From Bugula neritina (Eukaryota > Animalia > Bryozoa), in assembly GCA_964035545.1 (NCBI GenBank), contig OZ037769.1:8165929-8229928 (forward strand): a DNA stretch of 64,000 nucleotides, read 5' to 3'. The stretch's first letter is position 1; each line of letters starts with the position of its first letter. This document shows, in pieces, positions 36,301-49,900 of this stretch. The translations under genes and the position numbers were made by a program. Below the pieces are notes generated by a model. The model made no database searches, was not told where the DNA came from, and saw only the letters and a list, made by a program, of their open reading frames with translations.

Positions 36301-37832
36301 TTGACACTCAAAGTGACCGTTGATAGTTAAAATTTTTCAAAAAATTATCCAATAAAAATTGACACGTTTTAACTGTTTTTCTTTAATAAGTGTTTTTACT
36401 ATAACTTTTAAAAGTGAATGTGTTTGAAACCTTTATTAAAGACATAGAGAGAATACTTTGGTTAGTTCCTGCTAATTTTTAGCATGAAATTAGAAAATTT
36501 GAAAAGTATTTCTGCATGAGAAATTAAAAAGAAAAACTTGTAAGGAAGTAGACAAGGCTAGTAAAGTAGAGAATCGGTTATCTTAAAAATGGAACAAGTT
36601 GAATTGTGACATGCCAGCATTGACGAGGTAAATTGACACAACACTAACTTTAAGCTCAATCCTAGAGCAGCTGACACTGTCATCAGTGTATAGGAGCCAT
36701 GGCTGCATCGAATGAAAAAGAGTAATTCAAATGCCAAGCTGATCGAGGCTTGGGTTGCAAAGAGCTGAAAGTATTGGGAACATTGTTGGCAAATATGAAA
36801 TACAAAGGGGTGACTCACTCTGAGCCGGTCTATGTTAATAAGGACAAATATACCTTTTTGTTAAATATGAAGCACTTGTGAAAAACTCAAACTTGTTACA
36901 GCATGTCAAATAAAGGACCAGAGTTAAACATTAGAAGAAAGGTTTTCTACACTATTTTAAAGCCTAGGCTTACTTAAAAACTATTTAAAAAAGGTTTTGA
37001 GCACACGAAACAGAGAATTCCATGACTTTAAAAAGTTAAATGCTCACCCACATAACCAACTTTTTAAGATATCCTATGTTGAATGAATAATCTGAACAAG
37101 CAGTTAGCACAATAAAAACACTTTGGGCCAAATTTTTTTTTTGTTGTATGAAATTAGTCACATAAAAAATTCTAGTTTGTATATCCTAAAATTTTCAATG
37201 GATAAAAAACATACATTTTGAAAGGAAGTTTACACTGGAAAGCAGCTTGAATTCAGTGAAACTAAATTTTTGTTGAGGAAAGAGTCTTTATTAAAGAAAG
37301 AGTCTGTAGTTAAAGAATGCAGCATATGGTCATAATCCTGCCAAATGTCAAAAAGTCACAAATATTGCCAGCGACAAACAGAGCTCATACAAATCCTGTT
37401 CATATTTGTATTTCATTTAACGAATTACATGTAACTGTTGCAACAATTGCAATATTGTCATTAGTAGTTGTAAAAATTGTTTTTTGTCTGAGTGAGCTCA
37501 GATTAGGTTTGTTGCATTGAAGCCTAATTGTTCATTAATCATTCCATGTGACAATTATTATATTACATGTACATGTATTTCTATACAGTGGAGTATATTT
37601 TATTATATGTTTTTACACATTTTTTGGCTTAGAGACCAAAACAGAATTCACATCATGTTAAAGGGTTATCTTAAATAACTCAATGTATTTTTTTTTAGTC
37701 ATGCAACACTGGCTGACATAAACAAGCACTCAATGTAGCAGTCAGCTATTTTTTAATAAAATTATGTTTTGTTTTGTCTCAAAAACCATTCCTATAATCT
37801 GATATGAATATTACACAAGACATGTTGTTATA

Positions 37833-39569
37833 CAGTGCTGTGAAAAAGTTTAAGGACACCTCATTGTTTTCCATAATAGCAATGTTCCAAGCTAACTTTA
37901 AGACATAACAAAAGCATTTGCATAGACATGATGGGTATCAAAATGATCCTTAAGATCTCCTTATCCCATTTATATAAATCATTAGTGTCTCTTTTAACTT
38001 CCTTTCAAAATCTGGGTGAAACAATGAGATACTGTGCATATGGGAATTATTCAATGTTCTCACAATTAGTGTGTACTGTAGTACAAGGGAATATTTTACT
38101 TGAAACATAGAAAAATATTATATGTGATTTGTTATGCACATTATAGCAGCATTGCAACACACAATGCTTTAAATTTTATTATCAATGTTTTGTTGGCCAG
38201 CCTTTATTCTCAATCACAAGTCGGCAGCGACGAGGCATCGACTCATACAGCTTTTCCAACTCGTTTTCAGTCACGACATGATGCTATGCATGAATTACAG
38301 GCTTTATGAGTGTCACCTTAGTTGTTGGCTTCTGTGAAGAAACTATTTAGCCATTCTTGACCATGAATTTCTTATTGGGTTCAAGTCCCGGCTTTGTGCT
38401 GGCCAGTTAAGCGTTGAGACCCTCTGCTTTTTAATCCACTCTTTAACAGTTTTTGATCAATGGCATGGTGCATTGTCATCTTCAAATTTGTTAATTTCAT
38501 TTAAAAAGAAGTTTTTTATGATTGGAAGAAGGTTAGCATTGATATTCTCTATATATTTTTGGGCATTAACATCATTCCAGAGCAATTACTGAGTCGACCT
38601 GCACCTTTCAATGTTATACAACCCCAGAACATAACATCGATAGGGTGCTTAATTGTTCGAAGAATACATTAGGGGTTATATTCCTCATACTTGTATTTTC
38701 TAACAAAACAGTTTCTAGCATGATTTTTCACATTAAATGTGGATTCATCTGAAATAATTACTTTTTCCTAATCATTCACTGTCTAACTATCATGCTCCTT
38801 GGTCCACCGTAGCCGGTTTTTTTGTTACTTCTCGGTTAGTATAGAGGCTTCCTTCTTGCTTTGTTTCGGGGATGTCGAAGCTGTTATTCCTGTTGATTCT
38901 GACCATTCTTTGCCAACTTAGAACTTGTTTTATGGCAATCCTTCTCTCTGATCCTAATGAGAACCTTGTCATCTCTGAGTGTACTTATTCTTGGTCGTCC
39001 ACTTCCAGGTCGATCTGCTACACTGCCAGTCTCCATGAACTTCTTGATAATTTGATGTACAGTTGTCTTTGCTTTGCCAACCTTTTCAGATATTTTTCTA
39101 ATTGAATAACCTTTGTTATGCAAAAAAATTATTACAAACCTTGCTTCTGAAGAAAGATTTACAGCTCTCATTTTGTCTATGCGCAGCACCTAAGTGGACA
39201 CCATGTAAAAGCTTACAACTAAATGACAGATTTCAAATTATGAAAGAAAGTCATACTTTATGATATCATGATGCTATGCACACAGTCAAATTTCACTGTT
39301 CAGCCTTTTGTGGTTATCAGAAGCCATAAACTTTGTAAACATAAAAACACAGGAGTTTCGCTTTTCTAGCTGCTTGTGTAGTCAGCCCGAAAATTAGTGA
39401 AAAAAATCACAGCAGTAGAAATTTATGAGATGGAAATTGTAGTGCACATTCTAAGGGTCATTTTGATATATAGAACTTGCAGGAAAATACTAAGAACTTC
39501 CAAGAAATGCCTATTAAACAAGATACATAGAAATTTCTGCAAGCGTCCTTAAACTTTTTCACAGCACTG
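37833..39569 (-). mobile_element. Tc1/mariner transposon, full length, inactive transposase
   Basis: 25-bp TIR cagtgctgtgaaaaagtttaaggac, TA TSD; HTH/GRPR (ORF 38884-39189), SDES, MFWGC, EDDNAPCH, WPAQSRDLNPI with frameshifts and stops. Confidence 0.95.
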
Positions 39570-39949
39570 TAGATCAACAACAAATAAGATGAGAGAGTTT
39601 ATTCAAATCATCCATTATAAGTTCTTTTATTTACACCGGCATTTTTTTAATTTTTTTGAGGGAATTCAATTTGAAAAAAAGTATTTCAAAAACTTTGCAT
39701 AATTTTGTTGCATTATGGTAATTTGTAAGAATCGCACATAATTGCAGCTATACCGAATAGATTTTAATATCAGTATTGGCTATAATTCTATGCTTTTCTG
39801 TACTTTGTATGCCACAGGCTTTCCTATACATACAGTTTTTTATGCTGTAATTAAAAAAAACACTTTGAGATTACCATACAAGCCCGAAGATTTATGTCAT
39901 CTATAGTAATTCAGTCTTTAAAATATTCTTACACATCCTAAAACACAAC

Positions 39950-42100
39950 ATATAATTTGGTAAAAAGAATAGGATTAACTTGCAGAATTTTTTTATATTC
40001 TAAATATTTTCAACTAACTATAAAACACTCATCATGGTTTTTAACACAGATATTAGATAAGTTTACAGAGGGAACATATGGAGTTACAGAAAAAGCAGAT
40101 GGAAGTGCAGCAACTGCAACAAGAGGAACAGATATCTTTACAACGGGAAGGAAAATAGGAACTGACCAAAATTACTCAATCAGTCAGTGGGAAAGAAAAC
40201 AATAGAAACTATTCCAAGCTTTGCAGCATTTAACCTAAGTATTAAACTATGGACAGGCTACGGATCCAGGTTTATGATATTTATTGAGGCTAATTCCTAA
40301 TCACGGATGACAAAATATTGGAAATAGTTTTGAGGAGTCAATTGGCAGTCATCTTTAAGCATTTCACTGATTGTGCAGCACGATGAAGAGATAAAAAATA
40401 AAAAAAAATCAGCCAACTCTTGATGGACAACATTCAAAAATACATAATGACCCTATATCAACCATAGACTTTTATGTTTGCACCACAATAGTTATATTAT
40501 ATAAATTTGCATATTGTTTTAGTATGACAATATTCTTGGATAAACATATTATTTATGTAACATATTATAGCAAGCATACTTAAAGGGTAAATGGTGTGAA
40601 CGACAAAGACTACCTCGTCAACAAACAATGGAAAACTGCTCCTTCAGTAACGTGTCATACTTCAAACACCTGGCGAGTTACCAAGAATTGATCCACTTTT
40701 GCTACTAATACTGAATAATAACAGAGAAAAAGGCTTTGCTTTTTAAAGTCAAGTTGGATCTTTTTTTATGTATTTTCTAGACTGGACTAAAAGAGCCCTG
40801 AGTATTAGCACTAATTTTTGTTGTATATTGATGAACCAGTATACAACAAAAATGATAAATTTCACATAAAAGCAGCTTTGTAAAAGAGTAACCAACTATG
40901 GGAGAAAAAGAGATATTAGCTAAAGTAGCAAGCTAAACGGTTTTGTTAAAAAAAGCAGTTACAAAATGAAAATGATAAAAGATTGATCTGGTGAAAATGA
41001 TACACACGCAGCAAGGCAGTTATAACACTGAGTCAGAAGGGTGCTACTCAATCCGATTTTAAAACTATTATCATTTATTCTGGGTATTCTGTTGGATCTG
41101 ATGAATAGCATGTCTTTCATTAGTTGACTGGCTTTACATGTCTTTAAAAAAACAAACTTATATAGAAAAATTATTTAAAAAACTTGGAAGAAATTGTGAA
41201 TAACATTGAAAAAATGAAAATGCTTTGGAACAGGACTTCAGCAGCTAAACCTAAAATATCATTTTTCTGTTTTCAGAAAAAAGACTGAAAAATAATTACA
41301 TGAATTGAAAAGCTTATGTATTTTCAGTCCCTGACCTAGTCAGCTCAACGTATCAAACACCAGAAAGTAAAAACTATTGGGTTTGAAAAAATTAGGGCAA
41401 AAACTAATATCCACCCTGTCCTAGTATATCATCAGTTTAGGCTTCTTCAGGCAGCAGAGCAACTCTAAAGATGCATTAAGGTAAAGGAAAAACTAATGTG
41501 TAAATATCTTTGTGGGAAATGTGTATTGACATATTTTACTTGCAGATAGAGTAATCAAACAGTTCTATACATACCTCAATATATTATTATCACAATGCTA
41601 GAAATTTACAACTCTGGCAGCTGTCAAATTTTACTATCTACACACTCCCTGTTGATAGTTAGAGGTAGACAGGTGAATGTAGCCGCCGTATCTTATCTTA
41701 CATTAAGTAACTGCAAAATTACTTTCTTACAATAAATAAACAAATTTTCTAGTAACAATTCAAATGGTAAATTAATATAATTGTCAACAATTTTTATTCT
41801 AACAATACGAACATATGAATATCAAACCATTGTTGAAAAACAATTTAAATAACCTCAATTGGATGCTATTTTATAAAACAATGTTGTCTACTTTACTTGT
41901 GATAATTTTATGTATAAAACTAATATATATTTATATGTTCTTTTAACATGTACAAAACTGTTATATATAATAGATGATTATATTGATGCGAATGACATTT
42001 TAATTATTATCTAATATGGATTGGTGTGTAAACAATACACTCCGCTGTTCTGTATCTTGAACAGTGCACTTAACCTAGAAGATTTGGGTAATGTATGTTA
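39950..42100 (+). mobile_element. Second decayed Gypsy-like pol relic
   Basis: 40900-42080 aligns by eye with 34600-35600, and 41310-41460 with 28300-28450; no intact ORF. Confidence 0.35.
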
Positions 42101-42138
42101 CATTGTTCCAAATTGTTCAATAAATAGAATTATTGGAG

Positions 42139-42139
<1 letters not shown>

Positions 42140-42237
<98 letters not shown>

Positions 42238-42274
42238 CATATATATATATATATATTTATATATATGTATATAT
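42140..42274. repeat. (TA)n microsatellite
   Basis: Direct reading. Confidence 0.95.
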
Positions 42275-42670
<396 letters not shown>

Positions 42671-42854
42671 TTTAGTACTGATACAATTTTGGATATAAAA
42701 TAAACTTATATATTCATTTTTTCGACTACAATATTGTTTCACGTAGTGCAAGCTACGATGAGTGATTTTGTTTTGAAATTAGCATTGTTTATGTATCGTT
42801 ACGCTGGAATGTCTTAATTAGCGTCTGTTAAATGCGCAAGTAACTAACCAATCC

Positions 42855-42950
42855 TACAAACCTTATACAAAACCTGGAAACACTATCCTCTATGTTCACA
42901 AGCAAAGCGACCATCCACCTGCAGTATTGAAAAAAACACCAGAAAATATA
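42855..42950 (+). mobile_element. Penelope-like RT thumb fragment abutting the unit B breakpoint
   Basis: [17 protein letters not shown]/(S)[14 protein letters not shown] resembles the YxPYxKPN..YV..SNHPP motif of PLEs. Confidence 0.55.
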
Positions 42951-43750
42951 TGGTGGATTCCTTTAAATGACTGATTTAGAACTGCAGTTACATTGCCTAT
43001 TGAAATGCTTCCGTGGTTAGTGGTGGAGATATGTTGATAAATTTTTGAATTAATGTCATGACATGATTCTCTCAAAACAACACAAATTTATTCATTGCAA
43101 ACATAAGCAAAAAATTAAACAACTTTGAAACAACATTCAAGACCCTAAAGCTCAAGAATTGAACACTGTGAAGAGCCTACACAGTTTCTTTTCAGCTCAA
43201 CTTACAAATCAACAACAAGTTATTGCCAGAGAATTGAATGTAAACACTCTTACAAGAACTAAAAAAGTTCATATAACATCACAACTTGAACCTTTCTACC
43301 AACAAACTTCCACAAATCAACATCAAGTATCTAAAGATAAACTTGAAGTAATTAAAGGTAAACTCTTAGATATACCTATGATCCAACTTTATAAAGATTA
43401 AAACACCAAAATACTTTGATGACTCTCTAAAAAATTGAAAAATAAAAAAGTTATCACATTATTTAAACAAAACAATCGAAAAGGTATACTTTTGTCATAA
43501 ATAAAAAGGATTACATTATCAAATGTTAAGAAATACTGAAGACACCAAAATTTTCAACATGTTTCATCCTTTAATTTTAAAAATTAGTTGAATACAACAA
43601 AGTTTTATTTCCTGTTATTGCAGTGTTATCTCAAACCAATACTTTGCTTCAGTAAATATGAAACACTATTAAGCCTTTTTTCTCAGCATGTTGATGTTCA
43701 CATAACTTCACGATTACCATAATATCATAAACTGAGTAAAGTACAATTAT

Positions 43751-43938
43751 TTAAGCATCACAGTTGACAGGTATAGATGAGCAAGTCTTTACAAGATCTA
43801 CTCTTAGTTCTTCAACAAAGATGTGGAATGAAGATTGCCAGCCGGTGTAGGCATCAGTGTCACCATACCCAGAGCATTGACCAACAGCATAGGTGATGTT
43901 GTGACTTCCCAAAGATATCCCGTGACATATTCCACTCA
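43751..43938 (-). CDS. Paralog B exon 14
   Basis: Identical in sequence to A exon 14. Confidence 0.92.
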
Positions 43939-46900
43939 CTGAAATATTTAACAAAAATCTGTATGAAGCTTGTTTCAGTTCTTCTTATAATTATTGGCAA
44001 ATACCTATTACCAATAATAAAAAATTACATGATATGGTTGTATAGATAGTTGACATGTGAGCCTAAAAAAATAAAGAGCTCAGAAACGAAAAAGTTGAAG
44101 CCTGTTCGGAATGAGCATACAGTTCATGTTGTGTATAAGCAACGTATAATTTGTGCCGTCTAAAACCATTTACCTTGCATTGGATGGTGCATATCTGTGT
44201 GGTAGTTGAAGTAGTGTACCCCTTCTATTCTCCCTGGTGAAGAACATTCAGCTTTGTCAATTTTAAAATACCTGTAATCAATACATATATTGAGTTAACA
44301 TGTACAGCTATTTTACAATAACTGAAAATTTTTATCATTGAACTATTATTTTCATAAGCTTACCATCTCCCACATAATGAGTACCCATTACCAGGTACAA
44401 TCCGATGATCTCCACTAGCAGTTAGTCTGAGTCCAGTGTCTGCATATTCCTTCACATAAGTTATGGTGTACAGATCTGCCACATTCTCATCTTTATTAAT
44501 TGCCCAGTAGTGAAATCTCTCTAGATTTCCACTGTGACTTCTGTACATCTGATGATTATGAGATATTACTAAAATATGCAATTCTTTTGAGTAAACATCA
44601 AAAAAGCCTGTGATAATAATTTCATTTAGTACAGTTTATATTTGGATTATAGATTTGAGACAGCAATTAATGTCATATATGCTGAGTGTTTTCTGCAGTA
44701 TAAATTTACTTCAAATATACAAGTTTTTCATTGTGGCAACAAGAAAGCTTGCCTTGTTAATTTCGAGTTAAATAAAGTTTTTGGAAACTTTCACGTTCTT
44801 AGCAGCTTAAAATTTTATACTTACAGAGCAAATTTTAAAACATTTGTTTTGTTGGCTATATGCATGCATATTTACAGAAAATAATTTTGATTCAAAAATG
44901 CTTCTCAATTATAGTGAGAAGTTACATTTATTTAAAGTCAAAGCCTATAAACTTAGTTATATAGTGCATTTAATAAAAGAAATATGCTGTTAATAAAAAC
45001 TCATGTTGTTGATTAAGAAAAGCAAATATTTCTACAGAGATATATTAGAAAGTTGTATTCAAACATGTTTGGTAAGACAACTATATTATGTGACTTATAA
45101 CAAAAATTGATTTCCACTGCATTGACTTCGTGCATGGTCTCTTCTCCCTTTTTAATATGTATACTTAGAGCCTTGAATGCACTATATATAACACCAATTG
45201 GAGCTCATTAAATTCAGAGCACTTGCATGAACAATTTTACTTTGTTATCTGTATTATATAGGAACTAAAATCTTAAAGGATTGCTCTATCTTGTCTAATA
45301 AATGGCCATTTAGGTCAAACACACATAATATTGTGTTTTTCTAAGCATGCATTGACAAAAAGCATTTGACCAAAGGTAGAAAAAGTTAGTTGAAGTTGAG
45401 GGTGTAGATTGGTAACAGCCAAAACGCCGATTTTGAAATGAGCTGGGAAATGTGACGTAACAGCGCCAGCATTCCTGCTGGTCACGTGACTATACAAATG
45501 AATAACTATAGAAATATGACTGTGAGATGTGATCTTTCAGCTCGTAATTTGTATATTTATAGAAGTGCAAATGTGAATTATCTCAATCTATAGTTTTTTG
45601 ACATGTTAAATAACATGTATGTGATAACATTAGGCCATATTTTGCTTGTAAACATAGAAAAAAACATTGCAAAAACATGCATTCTTTAGGATGAATGCCT
45701 GCGATCGATCTAAACTAGGTCAGATTGTGCAATATTACGGGCGCACCAAAGCTGACCTATATAGCGCACTGTAACTGCTTGAGCGTTATTGGTTGATGTT
45801 GCGCTCTGCAACCTTGAATACTAGCGTTATAGTTAGCACGTGCAGCATAGTTACTGGCGTTCACACGTCACGTATTAGGCTATTCTTTTTCATGGCTGAA
45901 AATTTTACCTCCCTCAAAATTGGAATTTTGAAAAGCTGTTTTCTAGGCATATATCCCTTTGCAAAGTCACAATTGTTTGCATACACATTAGATTATAGTT
46001 CATAATTATAATGTGATTGTAATAAACTAAGATAGAGCAATCCTTTAAAGTTATATTTATATACATATTAACTATATGCTCATTAGGAAGTTTATTAGCA
46101 CCTCCATCAACCACAAGACCTCTCCTCACTTCTTCAATGTGCAGACGTGAAGGAGAGTTAAATCCACCAGTAATAGTTCTTGTGGGTTGACTAAAACTAT
46201 CAATGCATCTCCCAACGTATATTCTAATGGTGTGTGTTCCTTTAGGCATTATGTTGTCACATATTCCTTCCACTGAAGCAAAAAGTTATGCAAAATGCAT
46301 ATTTATACTTACAGTTATATAAAATGCTGGTAAAAAATAGTTGATGATTAGTGCTTGTCATACAAGCTACCAAAAATGAAATTCTGTCTAGGCTTTTATA
46401 ATTGAAATATTTTAAATGACTTGCATATGGGTCTGATTTTGACTCATTAAATGCTTTTTTAAATCAAACAGTTGCAACAAAAAATGACATGTTCACAACC
46501 ATTATACAGAAATTTAGTGAAAAGCATAATCCATAGTCAATTTTTTAAAAATTTTTTTTATGAAACACGGTACATATAATTGCATTAAAATTTGTATTTG
46601 TGTTGCATATCAAAAACAAATAGTTCCTAATGGCTAACATAGCACCTTTTGTGGCTAGAATGAATTAATCTCCAGTAACAGCTTAAATTAGTAATCAACT
46701 AACTAGTCGTTCACTCAAACATATAGCTTATGTAGTTGCTATACGGAACATAGCTTGATTACTGAGTATGCATACAATGTCTCCCATGGCTGATCCGGTA
46801 CTGTAAACAAGCACCGATAAAAACTTAGGACGCATTACTATATAAACTACGGATTCAAAGCCACAACAACACCCCTTATACCATTAAATAATTTGCCAGG

Positions 46901-49900
46901 TTTAAAAGCAAAGTTAGATCCATGGTTTAAAATATCAAATTTTCAAAAGTACGCTGCTAGTTTCATAAAACGATAAAACCAGACCTAGCCCAGACGACTG
47001 GTAGCCTACTAACTATAGTTTTATTATATACGTGAACTGACAAAAAAAGATGTTTACCATATGAAAATTACCGAAGAAGAGCTTATACTGCACAACAACA
47101 TTGCTAGGGATTGCAAAAAAAGATCAAAAGAGACCTCAAGAAATAAACTTAAAAGCTAAACATCGTTGCTTTGAAAAAAAATTATGTAATATTTACAAGT
47201 TCCGCTTTTCCTATGGTGCCTCCAGTATTTATAGTTATTAGGTGAAGTGTGAGGTATTACATAATCAAGTTGGGGAAAGCACTCACTGTCTTCTATCTTC
47301 ACAAACCTGTAAAAATGTGAGCAGTATCTAAGAATAATATGTTAAAACCACCAACACACATAGAAATTGAAAAGTGTTGAAATACAGCTATAAGTTTTTA
47401 AAGTCAAACTGCTAAATTTTTTAAGTGACATTTGAAGCTTAAAATAGTGCTTGTTAAATGGCAAACTTTCACCAGCTACTTTTTACACTCGCCATGCATG
47501 CAACATTCTTTGGTCGCAGTCCGTGCAGCAAATCAGCACTGTGTGATTTTACAGTGACTTTTAGAATACTTTCATTACAAAATATGAATAGCTTAAAAGT
47601 GGTAAATTCTCAAAAACCTCAGGTAATCACCTTGACAATTGAAATTTTTGTTTAATTTAGACATAATATAGAAATAAATATTGTACCAAAAAATGTAATA
47701 TAGTAGTTTGTTTTTTATGCAAGAAAAAAACAGTTATTTATAAATTTTTAAAAAAGTGTAATAGGCCAAACTATTTATTGTTTAAAATTTTGTGTGACCT
47801 AATATGGAGTGCCAAATGGTCAAAAATTGCTTATTATTGCATCTCATATGCTTATAATAAAGTATCTAACCATTATTCTCTCTCATATGCTCACAAAACA
47901 CTCTCATTGGTCTATAATTTGCTCTCATACCCTTATTATTTGTGCTCTTAGGTCTATTATTTGGTCTCACACTGTCATTATTCACTCCCATACCCTTATT
48001 TCTCTTTCTTTTATGCTCATTATTCAGTCCCATACCTCCATTATGCACTCTCATACATTATTCATTCTCTTATGCTTATTATTCTCTCTCATACCCTTAT
48101 TACTGTCTTGCTTTTGCGCCTGATTCTGACTCACTAGTATTCGTGTACACGTCACAATAGTTGAGTATATGCCAGTCTATTCGGGTCACACTACTAAGCT
48201 CCACCCCATTTATCAAATCTGATTGGATAACTGCAATGACACTAAGAGTAATAATAAATGCTGGGTGGGTGCCTAGGTTTGGTTAGCCATTCTTCATTCA
48301 TAAGTATCAGTCTAGGAGTGAACAACTTATACCAGCTAGATTCTTATCTCGATATTAACTGTTAAGCTAAATCACCCTTTGCAAATTTACAGATTGGTTG
48401 GGCTTTCGAGTTCCTATAACTATTCAAACCGAATAGAGTTTGCTTTAAACTTCTAGTTTGAGGTAGAATTGCTCACATTTTTATAAGTGGTGTTCAAAAT
48501 GCAGCCTAGCAGTTTACAGATGATTGTAGTTAAAAATATTATTAAATAGATAGCTGACAAGCTAAATATTTGCTTTTTAATTCAATGCCAAAATACTAAA
48601 ATTAGCAGTTGGTTATTTTCACAAACCATTATTAAATTATGAGCTGCCAGTCGATTTTATCAGGTTTCGTAAGTGTAACTGCCCGTCTAGATTTACATGA
48701 AGTTTCATACAGGTGTATTTTTTAGTGTAGTTTATTTTCCACCAAAGTTGTTCACACCATTTACATCGTGAAACTCTTTTACCTTTTCTAGGAGAGAGTT
48801 GATATAAGTAAGAAATATTTTACACCATGCAATTGTGAGAATAGCTAATATATATGAAAGTAGATGTGGATATCTGAATAGAACCCTGCCACCTAAGGGT
48901 TCTTACTGTTGTGACCTGGTTAAGTGTCTATATCTGTTTTACTCATTATGTGAAAAGTTAAGGTATTTGTTTTCTCAGTCATCATTTTGAGTGCAATATT
49001 AGATAGAATGTGCTTGATTGTAAAGCAGTCAGCTAGTTGTTATAGTGAGTGCAGTCAGTGCAGAATAAAACATTTTACTCTTTCACATACACGCAATCCA
49101 CCTTGTTACACTTACTAGAATAGTCGCGAGGATAAAAAACAGTAACATTTTAATGTGAAAAGTGACAAAACAAGTGCTAAAAATATGAGAAAATTTGGTG
49201 ACTCATCACTGTTGAAATGTGTGACAACACAAAGGCAGCGATGGTTTTATACTTAGCGTGGCAATGTTTGTAAAATTTTATAATGGTTTTTGCAAATGAT
49301 GATTGACCTAAATGAAATATTATAACAACAGGTTGAATTGCTCTGCGGTTACCTTTGTTGCTATCAATAAATTGGCAGCCATGCAAGTGTCAGTAAGCTA
49401 ACTAGGTAACGGAACTAAATTTATGAAATTTTATTATTATTATCAAAGACGCTACAATAAATACAGCACAGCAGCCAAAAGCTGTTCCAAGTAGCAAGTA
49501 GCAACAGTTTTATGATTTCATTCTGAATTTTTAGATTATAAATTATAGCTGCTATATGAAATATATAAGGCTACTTATATGAAATGGTTTACGAGCTGAA
49601 TTTGTGGTCCCCTGTCCCTTTAAAGTGCCTTTAAAAATAGAAAATGCTAAAAAAAATTTATTAAATAATCTAATAATGCAGCCCAAAGTCTTTGTAGCAA
49701 GTAAAAAATACAACAAAACTAATGTCAAAAGCTAAAAGGAAAGTTTAGGATTAGCTACAACAGCTCAAATGTTAGGTGACTTTAAAGTTGATCTAGTAAT
49801 TTTTTCTTTGTATTTCTCAGCCAGTTCGGGCAACTTATTAAAAATTACTGTTATCAGCTGGTCATTTTTTTCAAAAAGTCATAAAAGATCTTTTAAAACT

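Noticed and set aside
47809-48160. Repetitive His/Ser/Ile or Tyr-rich ORFs (also 52196-52639)
   Set aside because: Arise from 21-bp repeats in transposon TIRs; no spacer structure, so not CRISPR either.
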